From contig OX597825.1 of assembly GCA_951406725.2 (NCBI GenBank), positions 88,598,001 through 88,662,000 of the forward strand: 64,000 nucleotides of DNA, given 5' to 3'. The notes under the pieces are model-generated. The model saw nothing but the letters and a program-made list of their open reading frames with translations. It searched no databases and was not told the DNA's origin. This DNA is from Octopus vulgaris (Eukaryota). Shown piece by piece: positions 51,507 to 63,399 of this stretch. Position 1 is the stretch's first letter; each line of letters begins with the position of its first letter. The position numbers were made by a program, and so were the translations under genes.

Positions 51507-52850
51507 ATGCCACCCAAATCACAACAAGCAGAATCTTTAATGAACCAAAATATCCTAAAAGAATTACAAGAAATCTCCTCGAAACTTTCAACCATAATAA
51601 ACAAAGTCGAACAATCGCACTTATACCTAAATGGACTCATGGAGGCCAAAACAACCAATCAAATCCCTGACATCATCCCAACACTGCAAAACCTAATGAA
51701 ATCCATAGAGACGGCAGTGCTCCCAAAGCAGGAGCAAACTAAAGACTGCTTCTCAATTAAAAGCTCTCTTAACAACACCTGGAGTAAAAATCTCAAAGCG
51801 CGTAAGTTTGCCTTCTGGAATTTCATAAAAAATAACAACAAAGCTGACATTTATGAAAAGTGGCTCAACTCCACCCCTATCATCCTACCCAGAAAACTAC
51901 AAATAAAACCCATCCAAAATGAACCAGAAAACCAAAAAAACCTCAGGGAGAAACTAGCTTTTGAAAAATTCAAAACGGAAGTAGAACTCTTGCGGCTCAG
52001 AGCCAACACCAGTGAAGAAAAATCCAAGACCCTTGACAATGAAATGCAGATTGAAATCTCAAAACACTGTGAAGGAGCACTCCTTGATGAAACCACCAAA
52101 CTCTGGAGAAAAAACTGCGAGGATGAAGAAATAACATCCCTCCAGCGAATGGAAAAAAACAGCTGGTTCACCAATTATGAAACAGAGTTCACAAAGGAAC
52201 ACCTTTCAAGCAACCCATATTTTAAAATATCTACTTCAACTCACACCCCTCGCCAAAAACAAAGAAAACCAACCACAAAACACCGAACACACACCACCCC
52301 TAACATCGACAACAACAACAACAGAACTTACAGACAGCACTACAATCCCATCAAAAGAACCGAGACACCCATCATCACACGACAAAACTTTACCAGACAA
52401 CGTAGACCCCAACCCACACAAGAACCGTTCCAGATTCGGAGATCCTACCCATCACTTAGAAATCCATCTCTGAACTATGATTGTAGATTCCAACCCAAAC
52501 CGCTCCTAACTCAGAGTTCTCCCCCAACATATAGGAATTCACTCCTAAACCATGAATATAGTTTCCAACCCACTCTAAGGAACCAACATTACACCCAGGA
52601 CAAACAACCCAAACCCTGGAATAACCAAAACTCTTCCAGGAGGCCACACCAACAACCCAGACCCTGGAACAACCAAAACCTCCTCAACAGACAACATAGC
52701 AACGGGGGACAGAATCACAACAACCAAAACCTCTTCAACAGACATGTCAACGGGGGACAGAATCACATACAGCAAAATACCGCAAATAGAAGAACCCCCA
52801 GGATTCCTTTTTTAGGCAAGGGCATCAGCTTCCACGACACCAGATGGTAG
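51507..52850 (+). CDS. PLE ORF1 (447 aa from ATG 51507): helical/coiled-coil N-half, basic Q/N/P/R-rich disordered C-half
   Basis: Uninterrupted ORF (track starts at GTG 51447); aaaATG context; no catalytic motif recognised. Confidence 0.8.
   Translation: MPPKSQQAESLMNQNILKELQEISSKLSTIINKVEQSHLYLNGLMEAKTTNQIPDIIPTLQNLMKSIETAVLPKQEQTKDCFSIKSSLNNTWSKNLKARKFAFWNFIKNNNKADIYEKWLNSTPIILPRKLQIKPIQNEPENQKNLREKLAFEKFKTEVELLRLRANTSEEKSKTLDNEMQIEISKHCEGALLDETTKLWRKNCEDEEITSLQRMEKNSWFTNYETEFTKEHLSSNPYFKISTSTHTPRQKQRKPTTKHRTHTTPNIDNNNNRTYRQHYNPIKRTETPIITRQNFTRQRRPQPTQEPFQIRRSYPSLRNPSLNYDCRFQPKPLLTQSSPPTYRNSLLNHEYSFQPTLRNQHYTQDKQPKPWNNQNSSRRPHQQPRPWNNQNLLNRQHSNGGQNHNNQNLFNRHVNGGQNHIQQNTANRRTPRIPFLGKGISFHDTRW
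52808..52814 (+). promoter_or_regulatory. Candidate -1 ribosomal frameshift slippery heptamer T_TTT_TTA
   Basis: In the correct ORF1 phase; the -1 frame is open from 52790 into ORF2. Confidence 0.55.
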
Positions 52851-55120
52851 ATACCAACCCCGAAAAACCAAAAATAGTGAATCTTTCTAACCTAAACCTG
52901 TCGACACCACAAATAAAAATCCTTTCAAGAGGACTAAAATTCACCCCAACTCCGCAATACCCTAACCTGAGGGAAATACAGGATGACATCTCGCACTTTT
53001 GCAGAAAATTACGCCTCACAGAGGAATTTTTTGACAGAAAAACTAATAATAACGACGAATCAATGGTCTGTAACAAAAGCAACTATAATCCCATAAAAGG
53101 CAAAAACAAAACCTTAGACAAATTTTGCGATTACATCTCCAACTTCCCTTATGGTGAACTCCCACAACCTAAACTCAAACCCAACACCAGTAAAAGAGAA
53201 TGGGAAATCATCCATACGCTACGAGACAATCATGACGTCACAATAAAGGAAGCTGATAAGGGTAGTACGGTCGTTGTTATGAATACTGAGCAATATAAAA
53301 ACTCTGTATCTCTCCTTTTAGAGGATACCACATACTACGGAAGAGTAGTCGACTACCAGCAATCCAAAACAATGACCAATCTGAAGGCACTCATTTACCA
53401 ACACCGGAATGACTTGACAGCAAAGGAATGCGACTACATTACTAAATTTAATTGCAAAACCAGCACACTCTATGGGCTTCCAAAAATACACAAGAGTCAA
53501 ATTATCACAGAAGCTTGCAAAAAGTCCACTTCAACCTGCATCACTATACCACATCCCACTGATCTCAAACTGAGACCAATAGTGGCAGGCCCAAGTTGTG
53601 AAACACACAGACTTAGCAACTTTATAGATATCATCTTAAAGCCAATACTGAAACACATTCCAAGTATTGTAAGAGATGACCTGGACCTATTAAACCATCT
53701 CCCCAAACATGCCGATAAAGACACCTTAATCGTTTCTTTTGATGTTATTAATCTTTACACCACAATCCCACATGAATTTGGACTGGAAGCCATTAAATTC
53801 TGGCTGGATAAATATCCCAATGAGATCCCGGAAAGAATTAAAAAAGAATTCATAATTGAGGGCCTCAAATTTATTCTGCAAAACAACTTCATGTATTTCC
53901 ACAACAACACTTACAGACAGGTCTCAGGGACTGCAATGGGTACGAAAGTTGCACCTACCTATGCAAACCTGGTGATGGCCTACCTGGAATCACATATCTA
54001 TGAAAAATCCAAATATAAGTACGGCCAGTCTTTCCACAAATACCTGTTGGAGAACTGGAAACGCTACTTAGATGATTGCCTCATCCTATGGTCCCACACA
54101 CTCGACCAACTTATAGACTTCAAAAACCTTTTCAACAGTGTAAATAACAACATTCAATTCACAATGGAATATAGTCAGGACCAACTCCCTTTTCTTGACA
54201 TCCTAATCATTAAAAAAGGCGTCAACATTGAAACTGACATCCATTACAAACCCACTGACTCTAAACAATACCTTCTATTCACCTCCAATCACCCAAAACA
54301 CACAAAGACAAATATCCCCTTCAACCTAGCGAGAAGAATCTGCACTATTGTCTCAAATGACACAACACGAAATAGAAGACTCCGGGAACTAAGGGCAATT
54401 CTTCTCGAAAGACATTACCCGGCATCACTAGTAGACAACGGAATAGAACGGGCCAAATCAATCAACATTCAAGACCTTCGAAAACCCAAACACATCCACA
54501 GTACAGTCAATAGCCTCCCTTATCTCTCAACACACAACCCAAGGAATGCAGAAGCTTACACTATTATATACAACAACATTCCACAACTAAATCAAGACCC
54601 ACGCCTAAAAAAAATACTGGCAGCTCATAAAATAATAAAAAGTAAGAGACAACCTAAATCCCTAAAAAACCTCCTCACCAACGCAAAATTACACAACACA
54701 AACCCACCGCCCACCATCAAAAAATGTGGTCGCCCCAACTGTAAGACCTGCATCCACCTCATTGAGGGATCGTCGTACAAGTTCCACTCGGGACACACAT
54801 TCATCATAAAAAATAACTTCACGTGCGCATCAAAAAATTTACTCTACGTCATAAGGTGTGAAGGATGCCACGAAGACTACATAGGGCAAACGAGCCTTAC
54901 CCTCAGAGACAGAATGACAGTTCACCGACAACAACTGAGGGACCCCTCCACAAGACAGATACCACTAAGTGGACACTTAGACCTTTGTGCACACAATAAG
55001 TCCCCCAAATTCTTAGTCTTCCCACTATACCAATGCTCGGACAACACCACAGACCAAACACGAATAAATAAGGAAAGTAATCTTATTCAAAAATACAGAC
55101 CACAACTAAACATACTCTAA
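52844..55120 (+). CDS. PLE ORF2: reverse transcriptase, Cys-rich linker and GIY-YIG endonuclease (758 aa)
   Basis: IVNLS..LSRGLKFTPTP, IKEADKGSTVVV, YGLPKIHK, RPIV, SFDVINLYT, GTAMGT, RYLDD, LPFLD, CGRPNCKTC, LLYVIRCEGCHEDYIGQT. Confidence 0.96.
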   Translation: MVDTNPEKPKIVNLSNLNLSTPQIKILSRGLKFTPTPQYPNLREIQDDISHFCRKLRLTEEFFDRKTNNNDESMVCNKSNYNPIKGKNKTLDKFCDYISNFPYGELPQPKLKPNTSKREWEIIHTLRDNHDVTIKEADKGSTVVVMNTEQYKNSVSLLLEDTTYYGRVVDYQQSKTMTNLKALIYQHRNDLTAKECDYITKFNCKTSTLYGLPKIHKSQIITEACKKSTSTCITIPHPTDLKLRPIVAGPSCETHRLSNFIDIILKPILKHIPSIVRDDLDLLNHLPKHADKDTLIVSFDVINLYTTIPHEFGLEAIKFWLDKYPNEIPERIKKEFIIEGLKFILQNNFMYFHNNTYRQVSGTAMGTKVAPTYANLVMAYLESHIYEKSKYKYGQSFHKYLLENWKRYLDDCLILWSHTLDQLIDFKNLFNSVNNNIQFTMEYSQDQLPFLDILIIKKGVNIETDIHYKPTDSKQYLLFTSNHPKHTKTNIPFNLARRICTIVSNDTTRNRRLRELRAILLERHYPASLVDNGIERAKSINIQDLRKPKHIHSTVNSLPYLSTHNPRNAEAYTIIYNNIPQLNQDPRLKKILAAHKIIKSKRQPKSLKNLLTNAKLHNTNPPPTIKKCGRPNCKTCIHLIEGSSYKFHSGHTFIIKNNFTCASKNLLYVIRCEGCHEDYIGQTSLTLRDRMTVHRQQLRDPSTRQIPLSGHLDLCAHNKSPKFLVFPLYQCSDNTTDQTRINKESNLIQKYRPQLNIL

Positions 55121-55270
55121 CATACCCCCTGGAAGCACATCCAGAGAAAGCACACAGGGACGCGCGCACGCTCACAGCATATCGTGCGGGCGGGCACATG
55201 CGCGCATCGGCACGCATAGGACACACTAGCGGGCATTGACCGCACACATACGTGGCATGCACACGCATGC

Positions 55271-55459
55271 ATTATATATATGTAGGTGATGTATGTGTGT
55301 GAGTGTTGTGTGTGTGTGTGTGTGTGTGCACTGTGTGCGTGTGTGTGTATATGTGTGTGTGCGCGCGTTGTATGTGTGTGTGTGTGTGCACGTGTATATA
55401 TGTGTGTGTGTGTGTGTGTGAGCATTGGGTACGTGTGTATGTATTTACATATGTATCTG

Positions 55460-55514
<55 letters not shown>

Positions 55515-56303
55515 ATATGCATGGTATGTGTGTATATGTTAGTACTTTGTTTGTGTGTATGTGCGGCATGTAGAGATATATTTGAGTGTGTACGCTATAG
55601 GTTTGTAATTTGTGTGTGCGGGGGGTGGTGAATTTTTTATATATATATATGTGTGTGTACGTGTGTGAAAAAATATATGTATGTGCATGTATGTATGTAT
55701 GTATGTATGTGTGTATATATATATATATATATGTGTATATATATGTGTGTGTGTGTATGTGTGTGTGTGTATATTTATTTGCATGTTTATGTGTGTATAA
55801 ACATGTACATTATTTGCATGCGCATTGTGTGTATGTATATTGTATGTATGTGTATTGTATATGTACGTGTACAATTAAGTGTATATATTTGTGTGTATGT
55901 GTGCACTGTATATATGTATATTGTAGGTGTGCTATATGTGCATGAATACATGTATATGCATTGCGTGTATATATATGTATGCATTGTGTGTGTATGTATG
56001 TTATGTGTGTGTGTGTGTATATATATATTATATGTATGCGTACGTGTATGTGTATGCATTGTATGTATGTGTGTTGTGTGTATATGTGGTACATCTATGT
56101 ATGTGTATGTAAACACTATTTATATGTATATGTGTATATATGTATATGCATTGTCTATATATATATATATTATATGTATGTATTGCGTATGTATATTGCA
56201 TGCATATATTGTGTATGTATATTACTTACATGCTGTATGTGTGTATTGTATGTGTGTATATATATGCTAGGTGTATTTGTGTGATATTTATATTATGTAT
56301 GTA

Positions 56304-56345
<42 letters not shown>

Positions 56346-56541
56346 GTGTGTGTATGTGTGTTATATATCTGTGTATGTTATATATAGATACATTTTATAC
56401 TTGTGTGCTGTGTGTATATGTAATATATGTGGGTGCGTTGTGTGTGGGTGTGTGTGTTCTGTGTGTGTGTGTGTTGTTTGTATGTGGTGTGTGTTTGTAT
56501 ACTATGTGTGTGTGTGTGTGTGTTGTTGTGTGTGTGTGTGT
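55271..56541. repeat. Cryptic (TG)/(TA) microsatellite inside the PLE 3' UTR
   Basis: About 1.27 kb of degenerate TG/TA repeats between the ORF2 stop and the 3' pLTR. Confidence 0.9.
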
Positions 56542-57250
56542 TTGTGTGTATATATATGTGTGTGACAAACAGACGCTGTCTGACCAGCAGGCACGGACAC
56601 ATCTATTCACACCCGCATACTAACCTCCTGATAACCCCAAAATCATTCATGCATAAAGGGGAAGTATACACCACATTGGCTACTTCTTCTGTTCTCTCAG
56701 TTCAGCCTTTCTGCTAATACTGACAGGTCAGTAAAAACATACTTCAAATATTCTGAGATGTACAAAAAATCCATTTTAATTTTCGCTGTCAAAACGCTGT
56801 ATATATATACCAAAGATTGTATATATATACATGTAATGTGACAATTTGCGACAACCAATAATTAACGCAACCAATTCCCAATAATATATTTGTTTTATCC
56901 TTTTCTGCCAAATTTTCCCAAATAATGTGACAATTATGTATAAAAAAACATTTTTGAATTCATAATATCCAATGTGACAATTATGTAAAAAACTTTTTTG
57001 AATGCATAATATTCAATGTGACAATTATGTAAAAAACTTTTTTTGAACCCATAATATCCAATGTGACAATTATGTAAAAAACTTTTTTGAATGCATAATA
57101 TTCAATGTGACAATTATGTAAAAAACTTTTTTTGAACCCATATTATTCAATGTTTCCTTAAATGTAACTTTTGACAATCTTTTACCAAAGAGTGAAACCG
57201 GTTAAGTAAATAAACATCGTTTAAATTGCATTTTCAAACCTTTTTTCTTA

Positions 57251-57254
<4 letters not shown>
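56542..57254 (+). repeat. 3' pseudo-LTR
   Basis: Copy of 50725-51437; runs directly into (TA)n. Confidence 0.95.
57167..57207 (+). ncRNA. Minimal hammerhead in the 3' pLTR
   Basis: Identical to 51350-51390. Confidence 0.65.
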
Positions 57255-57283
<29 letters not shown>

Positions 57284-57391
57284 TCATATATACATATATA
57301 TATACAGATATATATATATATATATATGCACGTATATATATATATATACACATATATATATATACACATATATACATACATATATATATAC

Positions 57392-57483
<92 letters not shown>

Positions 57484-57540
57484 CCATGTATGTATGTATA
57501 TATATATATATATATATATCCATGTATGTATATATATATA

Positions 57541-58215
57541 GAAATAGGTTCAACTCTTCTCCCTTCGCCTCTCTCCCCTTCACACCTACTTCCTCTCACC
57601 CAGCTATCCTGTTGCTCTGACTCCTATTTCTCTTCCCTCCTACCCACCTTCTCCTCCTTCATCGTCATTCCTCCCTCGTAAGCCCATCCCACGCCACCTT
57701 CCCTATCCTTCCCCATCCTACTCCACACATCCTTACACCCACTCTCACCTCCTCCACCTCCCAACACCCTCACACCACACCACTACACCTTACACCACCA
57801 TACCACACATCACATCATATCACAACACACCATCCCGCACACAGCAGCACCGACCACTTCCCAGTCGCACATTTTCACATTCTACACACACACGTCAAGA
57901 TCACTACCCCTCTTCTACACGCACCTACAAACTCTCTTATTCACATGCACGTGCACCTTCGTTTTGGGATCACCACTACTTTATTATCTCCCTTTCTCTC
58001 CATCTGTCCTATGTGACCCTTTTGTTCTGGATCCGCCATGATAGATCGCTAGCCACTACACATTCTTTATTTACTCTCCTGTTTCCTTCTGTGTTTCTTT
58101 CTGTGGAAGAGCGTAGGCTCGAAACGTAAAAGACTTTTCACTTCCCGAACATCTGTTTGTTGTCCACAGCACCTATCTTCGTCTTTTGGTTTTTTTTTGT
58201 GAATTCTCCCCCGAT
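57541..58215 (+). mobile_element. PLE 3' remnant, family Z (C-rich UTR and hammerhead-like motif)
   Basis: 3' part homologous to 38362-38540; UCUUU-CUGUGGA-A-GAGC(GUAG)GCUC-GAAACGUA-AAAGA at 58096-58133. Confidence 0.6.
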
Positions 58216-58254
58216 ACATACACACACCCACACCCACCCATACACAGACACACA

Positions 58255-58320
<66 letters not shown>

Positions 58321-59397
58321 ATCTTTTCTTTTCGTCGTCAAATATTTTGTAAGATCAGCAATTTTTTTAAACCAGAATTTAAAAAATAATTGATTCTCGG
58401 CCCGTGATTTTCACAAACATTGAATTCAGTAGAAGAATATCATTTATGTTTTGAATTTTAGTTGGAACAATTGCTCGACTCTATCAACAGGTAAACTTTG
58501 CTTCCGCAAATGTAACGGAATTTTTATTAAGAATTATCATGAATCCTGTGTTGAGTAGTCATACTTACAATTTATTAATACCCAAAGCCCGTTCATATAC
58601 ATAAGGTGAGGCATAAGCACTCTGCTCTCAGCTACTACATATAATATAAAAACATTTGTGAGCTAACGGAGTTGCTTACGTAATTCCTGTTCCTCTGCCA
58701 TTTTTGTAACCTCATATCACGCTCTCTACTCAAGTAATACATTCCTCTGAAGCTTGTGTTTACTGAGTTCTAATCTCAGATTATTCGTATTGTTATGCCT
58801 ACGACCAAATCACCAGTTCAAGCCGTTTGAGTGCATGGATTTCAATGGCGATCTCAGAAGGCTATTGGCATACGGCTAGCTTAACCAAGTGTTGGCCATA
58901 TTGAAATGATTCTGAATTTTCTATTGAGCTAATAAGTTATGCGAGATCTATTGATCACATTAATATAAGGCATCTGAATGGAGGAAAATGTCCAAGCAGT
59001 AAAGTACTATGCATGACAAGTCATAGATGTGAGATTTTATATAATACAAGATCGAGTTGTGAGATACTAGAAATAAATTGATCATGTTCCTGGGATTTGA
59101 TAAACTCTAAAGACTCTATTTTACTCACTGCCGTTCCATGCAGCGAATTCATATCAAATAAGAATGCGATGTGAATATGCTTTACATATTTCAATTGTCT
59201 TATGAAATAGAACCTTATAACATCGGTTCAGATAAAAAAAAGTAGAAGTCCTGAAGAATGCCACGTTCTTTCAAACAAATGTGTTATACAAAAGAGTGAA
59301 TATATTAAAGAGCAATAAAGACCGGTCAAGCACCTTTTCTTGTTCCATTAGCTCCATCATGCAGTTGCTTGCATATAACGGAAACGACTTTTTCAAC

Positions 59398-59432
<35 letters not shown>

Positions 59433-60924
59433 TCCACTATCTATCTCTTTGTATGCTGACGAAACTATTCAGTAAATTCTGCCACTGTATTTCAAAAGCA
59501 TTGCCTTTCAATTACAAGACGAGAAACGATTGCACGACCAAAGCCCGAATGAGAGTCGGCTATGACAAGTATGGTGATTAATCGTATATCTTTTCATGAA
59601 AATGGCAACATCATGCAGATTACGGGCAATACTGAATCTGAGACTATAAAAGGAGGCAATAAATCTTATTGATTGCGGAAGACACTTGAGCACGGCAACG
59701 TGAGTTGGTGCTGCAGCCGAAATTTCTCACAATATCAAGTTCCCTACTATACAGAAGACGGTGCGATCCCGCCAGGAAAATGAACGGCTACCTGAAGTAT
59801 CTGGGAATTTTCACGAATATGTTTTTTTGAGAGAGAAATGTAAATTAAGACTCTATTTATATATAGGACTACTTCGGTCATTTCAGCCACTGTCCTGGCT
59901 GAGTCGTCAATCGAATGAAGTTATATCAGCAACTGACCCAATGTTGAAGATGACTGATTTTAATGAGGCAATTATTAATTTCATTAAGAATCAATTATAA
60001 ATTAACATTGAATTATTCTATATCACTGATGACCATCACTAGTAAAATGTAGCCTACATTAGAAAAGGAGAAGCGCGTGGTGTTGTGGTGTCCTCGTTGA
60101 TCAGAGAGTAAACGAAATAAGAATCTATAATACTAGGAAAATAGAGCGTGCGGATATTCAGAGATGGACTTCTCGTATCACAGACATTTACTGCTACTGG
60201 CAAAGAGAGGAAATATGAGGCCGTCGGTCAGGTTTAGGTATGAAAGTTATGACTGAAAAACAAGCCATTCAGTTAATTACAGTGACTAATTGTATTCATA
60301 TTGTTCGACTAAAAGCCATGGAACAAGTAATTTGCCTTAGATGCTGAACCGTAGAATTGAAATCAGAATGATCAGATGACGAAGTAAACTTCTTTACAAA
60401 AAAGGCTCATTGAACGTTAAGCATTTACACTGTAGGCGTCAAATATGCCCAAACACGAAATATTGGAATGTGAGTAAGGATTCCGCTAAAATATACGGTA
60501 TACATGTGGCTAAGATTTGACAATGCATTCATCTGAACTGAAATTAAAAAAAAAATAACTGGAACCCCATCATCTTGATAGATATTACGTAAGTTCGTGT
60601 CACAATATGTAGCAGACAATATCGGAAGATAAATTAAATTAAAATATACGATGAGCGAGAAATGATATTTTTTCGATGGATAATAAAAATTCTTTCAGAA
60701 TTATTGAGTTAGAGAATTATTAAATTAGCTACATAAAGTTTCCAATCTGATATAATTATACACGTTATATTAAGGAAGCATAAGAGAGGAAAGAACGGCG
60801 TGAGAGCAGACTTTAATCACAACAAATGGCCTGATCAGATTCCTTGAATTTATACATTTAGTCACAAATAAAACGCAATGGATCGCAAAAGTTCTTTTTT
60901 TAATTACGCAGACATATACATATT

Positions 60925-61057
<133 letters not shown>

Positions 61058-61189
61058 AGGCGAAGGAGTAGATGAGTGGTAAATAGCTTGTGCTTATCAA
61101 CCACATGTTTCCTTCTGAGTGGATTTTTGTAGACAGAAACTGAAAGAAGCCCGTCGTATATGTATTTATGTGTGTATGTCTTCGTGTTT

Positions 61190-61234
<45 letters not shown>

Positions 61235-62583
61235 ATTGTATCTGAGAATGTGTCCGTATGTGTAGATTTTTATACAAGTGTGCATATAAATGTACATATA
61301 TATATTTACACATACATATGCCTGTGTATGCAAAACTAAATAAAATAGTTAGACATCTTCAGGATAACATACGTTTTATACACAAAATTAAAGTTAATGA
61401 AATATTTAAGAAGATTTATTGACATTTAGAAACGTCAGCTGGAACAATATGTGATAATGTAATACAAAAATATTAATATATTACGGTTGGGTAGAAATGC
61501 GATGTGATATATATATAGAGGGCGCTGCTGTGCAAATACAATTTCTCTGCTTGTGTGCTCAAGTGTCCTACTCATCGCAAAAGTACATATACAATACGTA
61601 CATATATGTACGTATTGTACATGTGTGCGTGTAAAGAAATATAAAAAAAAAGAATAAAGAAAAGCAAATTTGTTTTTTAACAGTTGTCCTTGGAAATAGT
61701 GTCATATAAATACATATATCGATAGATAGATAGATAGATTAATAAGCGTATATGCGTGTATACTTTAAGATAATACATATATTTGTGTGTGTGTAAGCTT
61801 CTATAGGATTGTGTGTACTTGTATATATGTATAAGTAAAGTCTTATGTGCATATATGTATCTAAGACGTTGTATCCATTCACAGTTAGACGCTGGCCAGA
61901 CAGAAAAATACACACACACACACATGTATATGTGTGTGTCTATATAAATGTATGTGTGCGTGTATATAACCTTCAACAAAGTAACAGTCATGTATACAAC
62001 TTGAACAGACACATATCAGTACATAAACATACGTTCACATGTACATACACATGTATATACACAGACACGTCTACAAACTCTCCTAAATACTCACACACGC
62101 ACGTAAGTACATGCGTACATACATATATACATGCGTATAGCCATGCACACATGCATACGCATGTAAACATATGCATCCGCACATACGTGTACATACATAC
62201 AGATGCACACACATACATACGCGCATACATACATACATACATACACACATACCGTAAATGCTCATGTTTAATTCGCATTTTTTCACCAAAATTTAAAGGT
62301 CAAAATCCCTTGTGCGTACTATATACGAGGTTAAAAATGAAAACTATTTTCTAAGCAATGTCCCAGACTCTATTTGACCCGTTTTGTTTCTTTGTAAGAA
62401 AAAGTCAAAACGAAGAGTATTCCATCCAACAGTCTTACTAAACGTTTCGACTACATGTACTTATCATGCTACGTAGAGTTTCCTTTGCATGACTACGTTC
62501 ATCAGGTGCCAATCGACTAACGAACAAAAGCAATTACGAGAACTTTTAACAGCGCGATAAGTAATTGTAGTTGAAACGTATAG

Positions 62584-62651
<68 letters not shown>

Positions 62652-63399
62652 ATCATGTGACCGACCAGTCCATCAGATGTAGTTACACATCGCTGGTCAC
62701 AATGCGTTCGCATTGTTTTAGCCTTCGAATGGCTAAGCGAGCAGGCCATATATATATATCAAGCATGAATAATGGGTGTTATGCATTTATTTGTGCTTTA
62801 TAGACTTACACGTGTTTCAGATATGCGCTCCCACACACACACGCACATTTTTATCCATATCTATATATCTATACGTATAATAAATTAGTATGGGAGACAA
62901 AATTCCTGAACTATAAATAAACCTATATAAACGAATATAAACAATACGATTACAAGGCGATGCACACTTTACAACAGACTACATAATGGTGCAATAAAGA
63001 ATTCGCGCTTTTGTTTGTCGCTCTAATGAAATGTTGATTGGTGATATAAATTAAATGAACCGGACACTTTCCCTGGTTTCACACGTTCAGCTGTTATAAG
63101 TAATATATGAATTACATTATTAAATAGTTGGCAGGCTGAATATTTTCTCAATGACTAGAGATTGTTATCCTCCTAATAGGTGATAGTCGAAGATAAATTA
63201 TATGTTTTATCTTGCAATATCTCAAAAGAAAAAAATATTTCCATTTCATTTCAAGATATTATTGGTATTGTTGACATTGTTATATAATTAATTATATGAT
63301 GCAATGTTATCTCTATTTGCAGATAACTTCATTATTTGTCTGATCATAAATTGTGCAGAAAGTTCACTCCGGAATATTTTAAAATTCCAAATCGAAACC

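Larger units (their letters stand above)
50697..57254 (+). mobile_element. Apparently intact Penelope-like retroelement (Neptune-like) with pseudo-LTRs, inserted in (TA)n
   Basis: Direct repeats 50725-51437 and 56542-57254, ORF1 plus RT/GIY-YIG ORF2, hammerhead and AATAAA in each repeat, inverted 5' segment, TA tracts on both sides. Confidence 0.95.

Noticed and set aside
50725-57254. LTR retrotransposon or endogenous retrovirus
   Set aside because: No protease, RNase H, integrase or primer-binding site seen; the RT and GIY-YIG motifs are Penelope-type.
62438-62515. Minus-strand hammerhead (CUGAUGA...GAAACGUU)
   Set aside because: Core boxes are present, but helices I and II do not pair convincingly.
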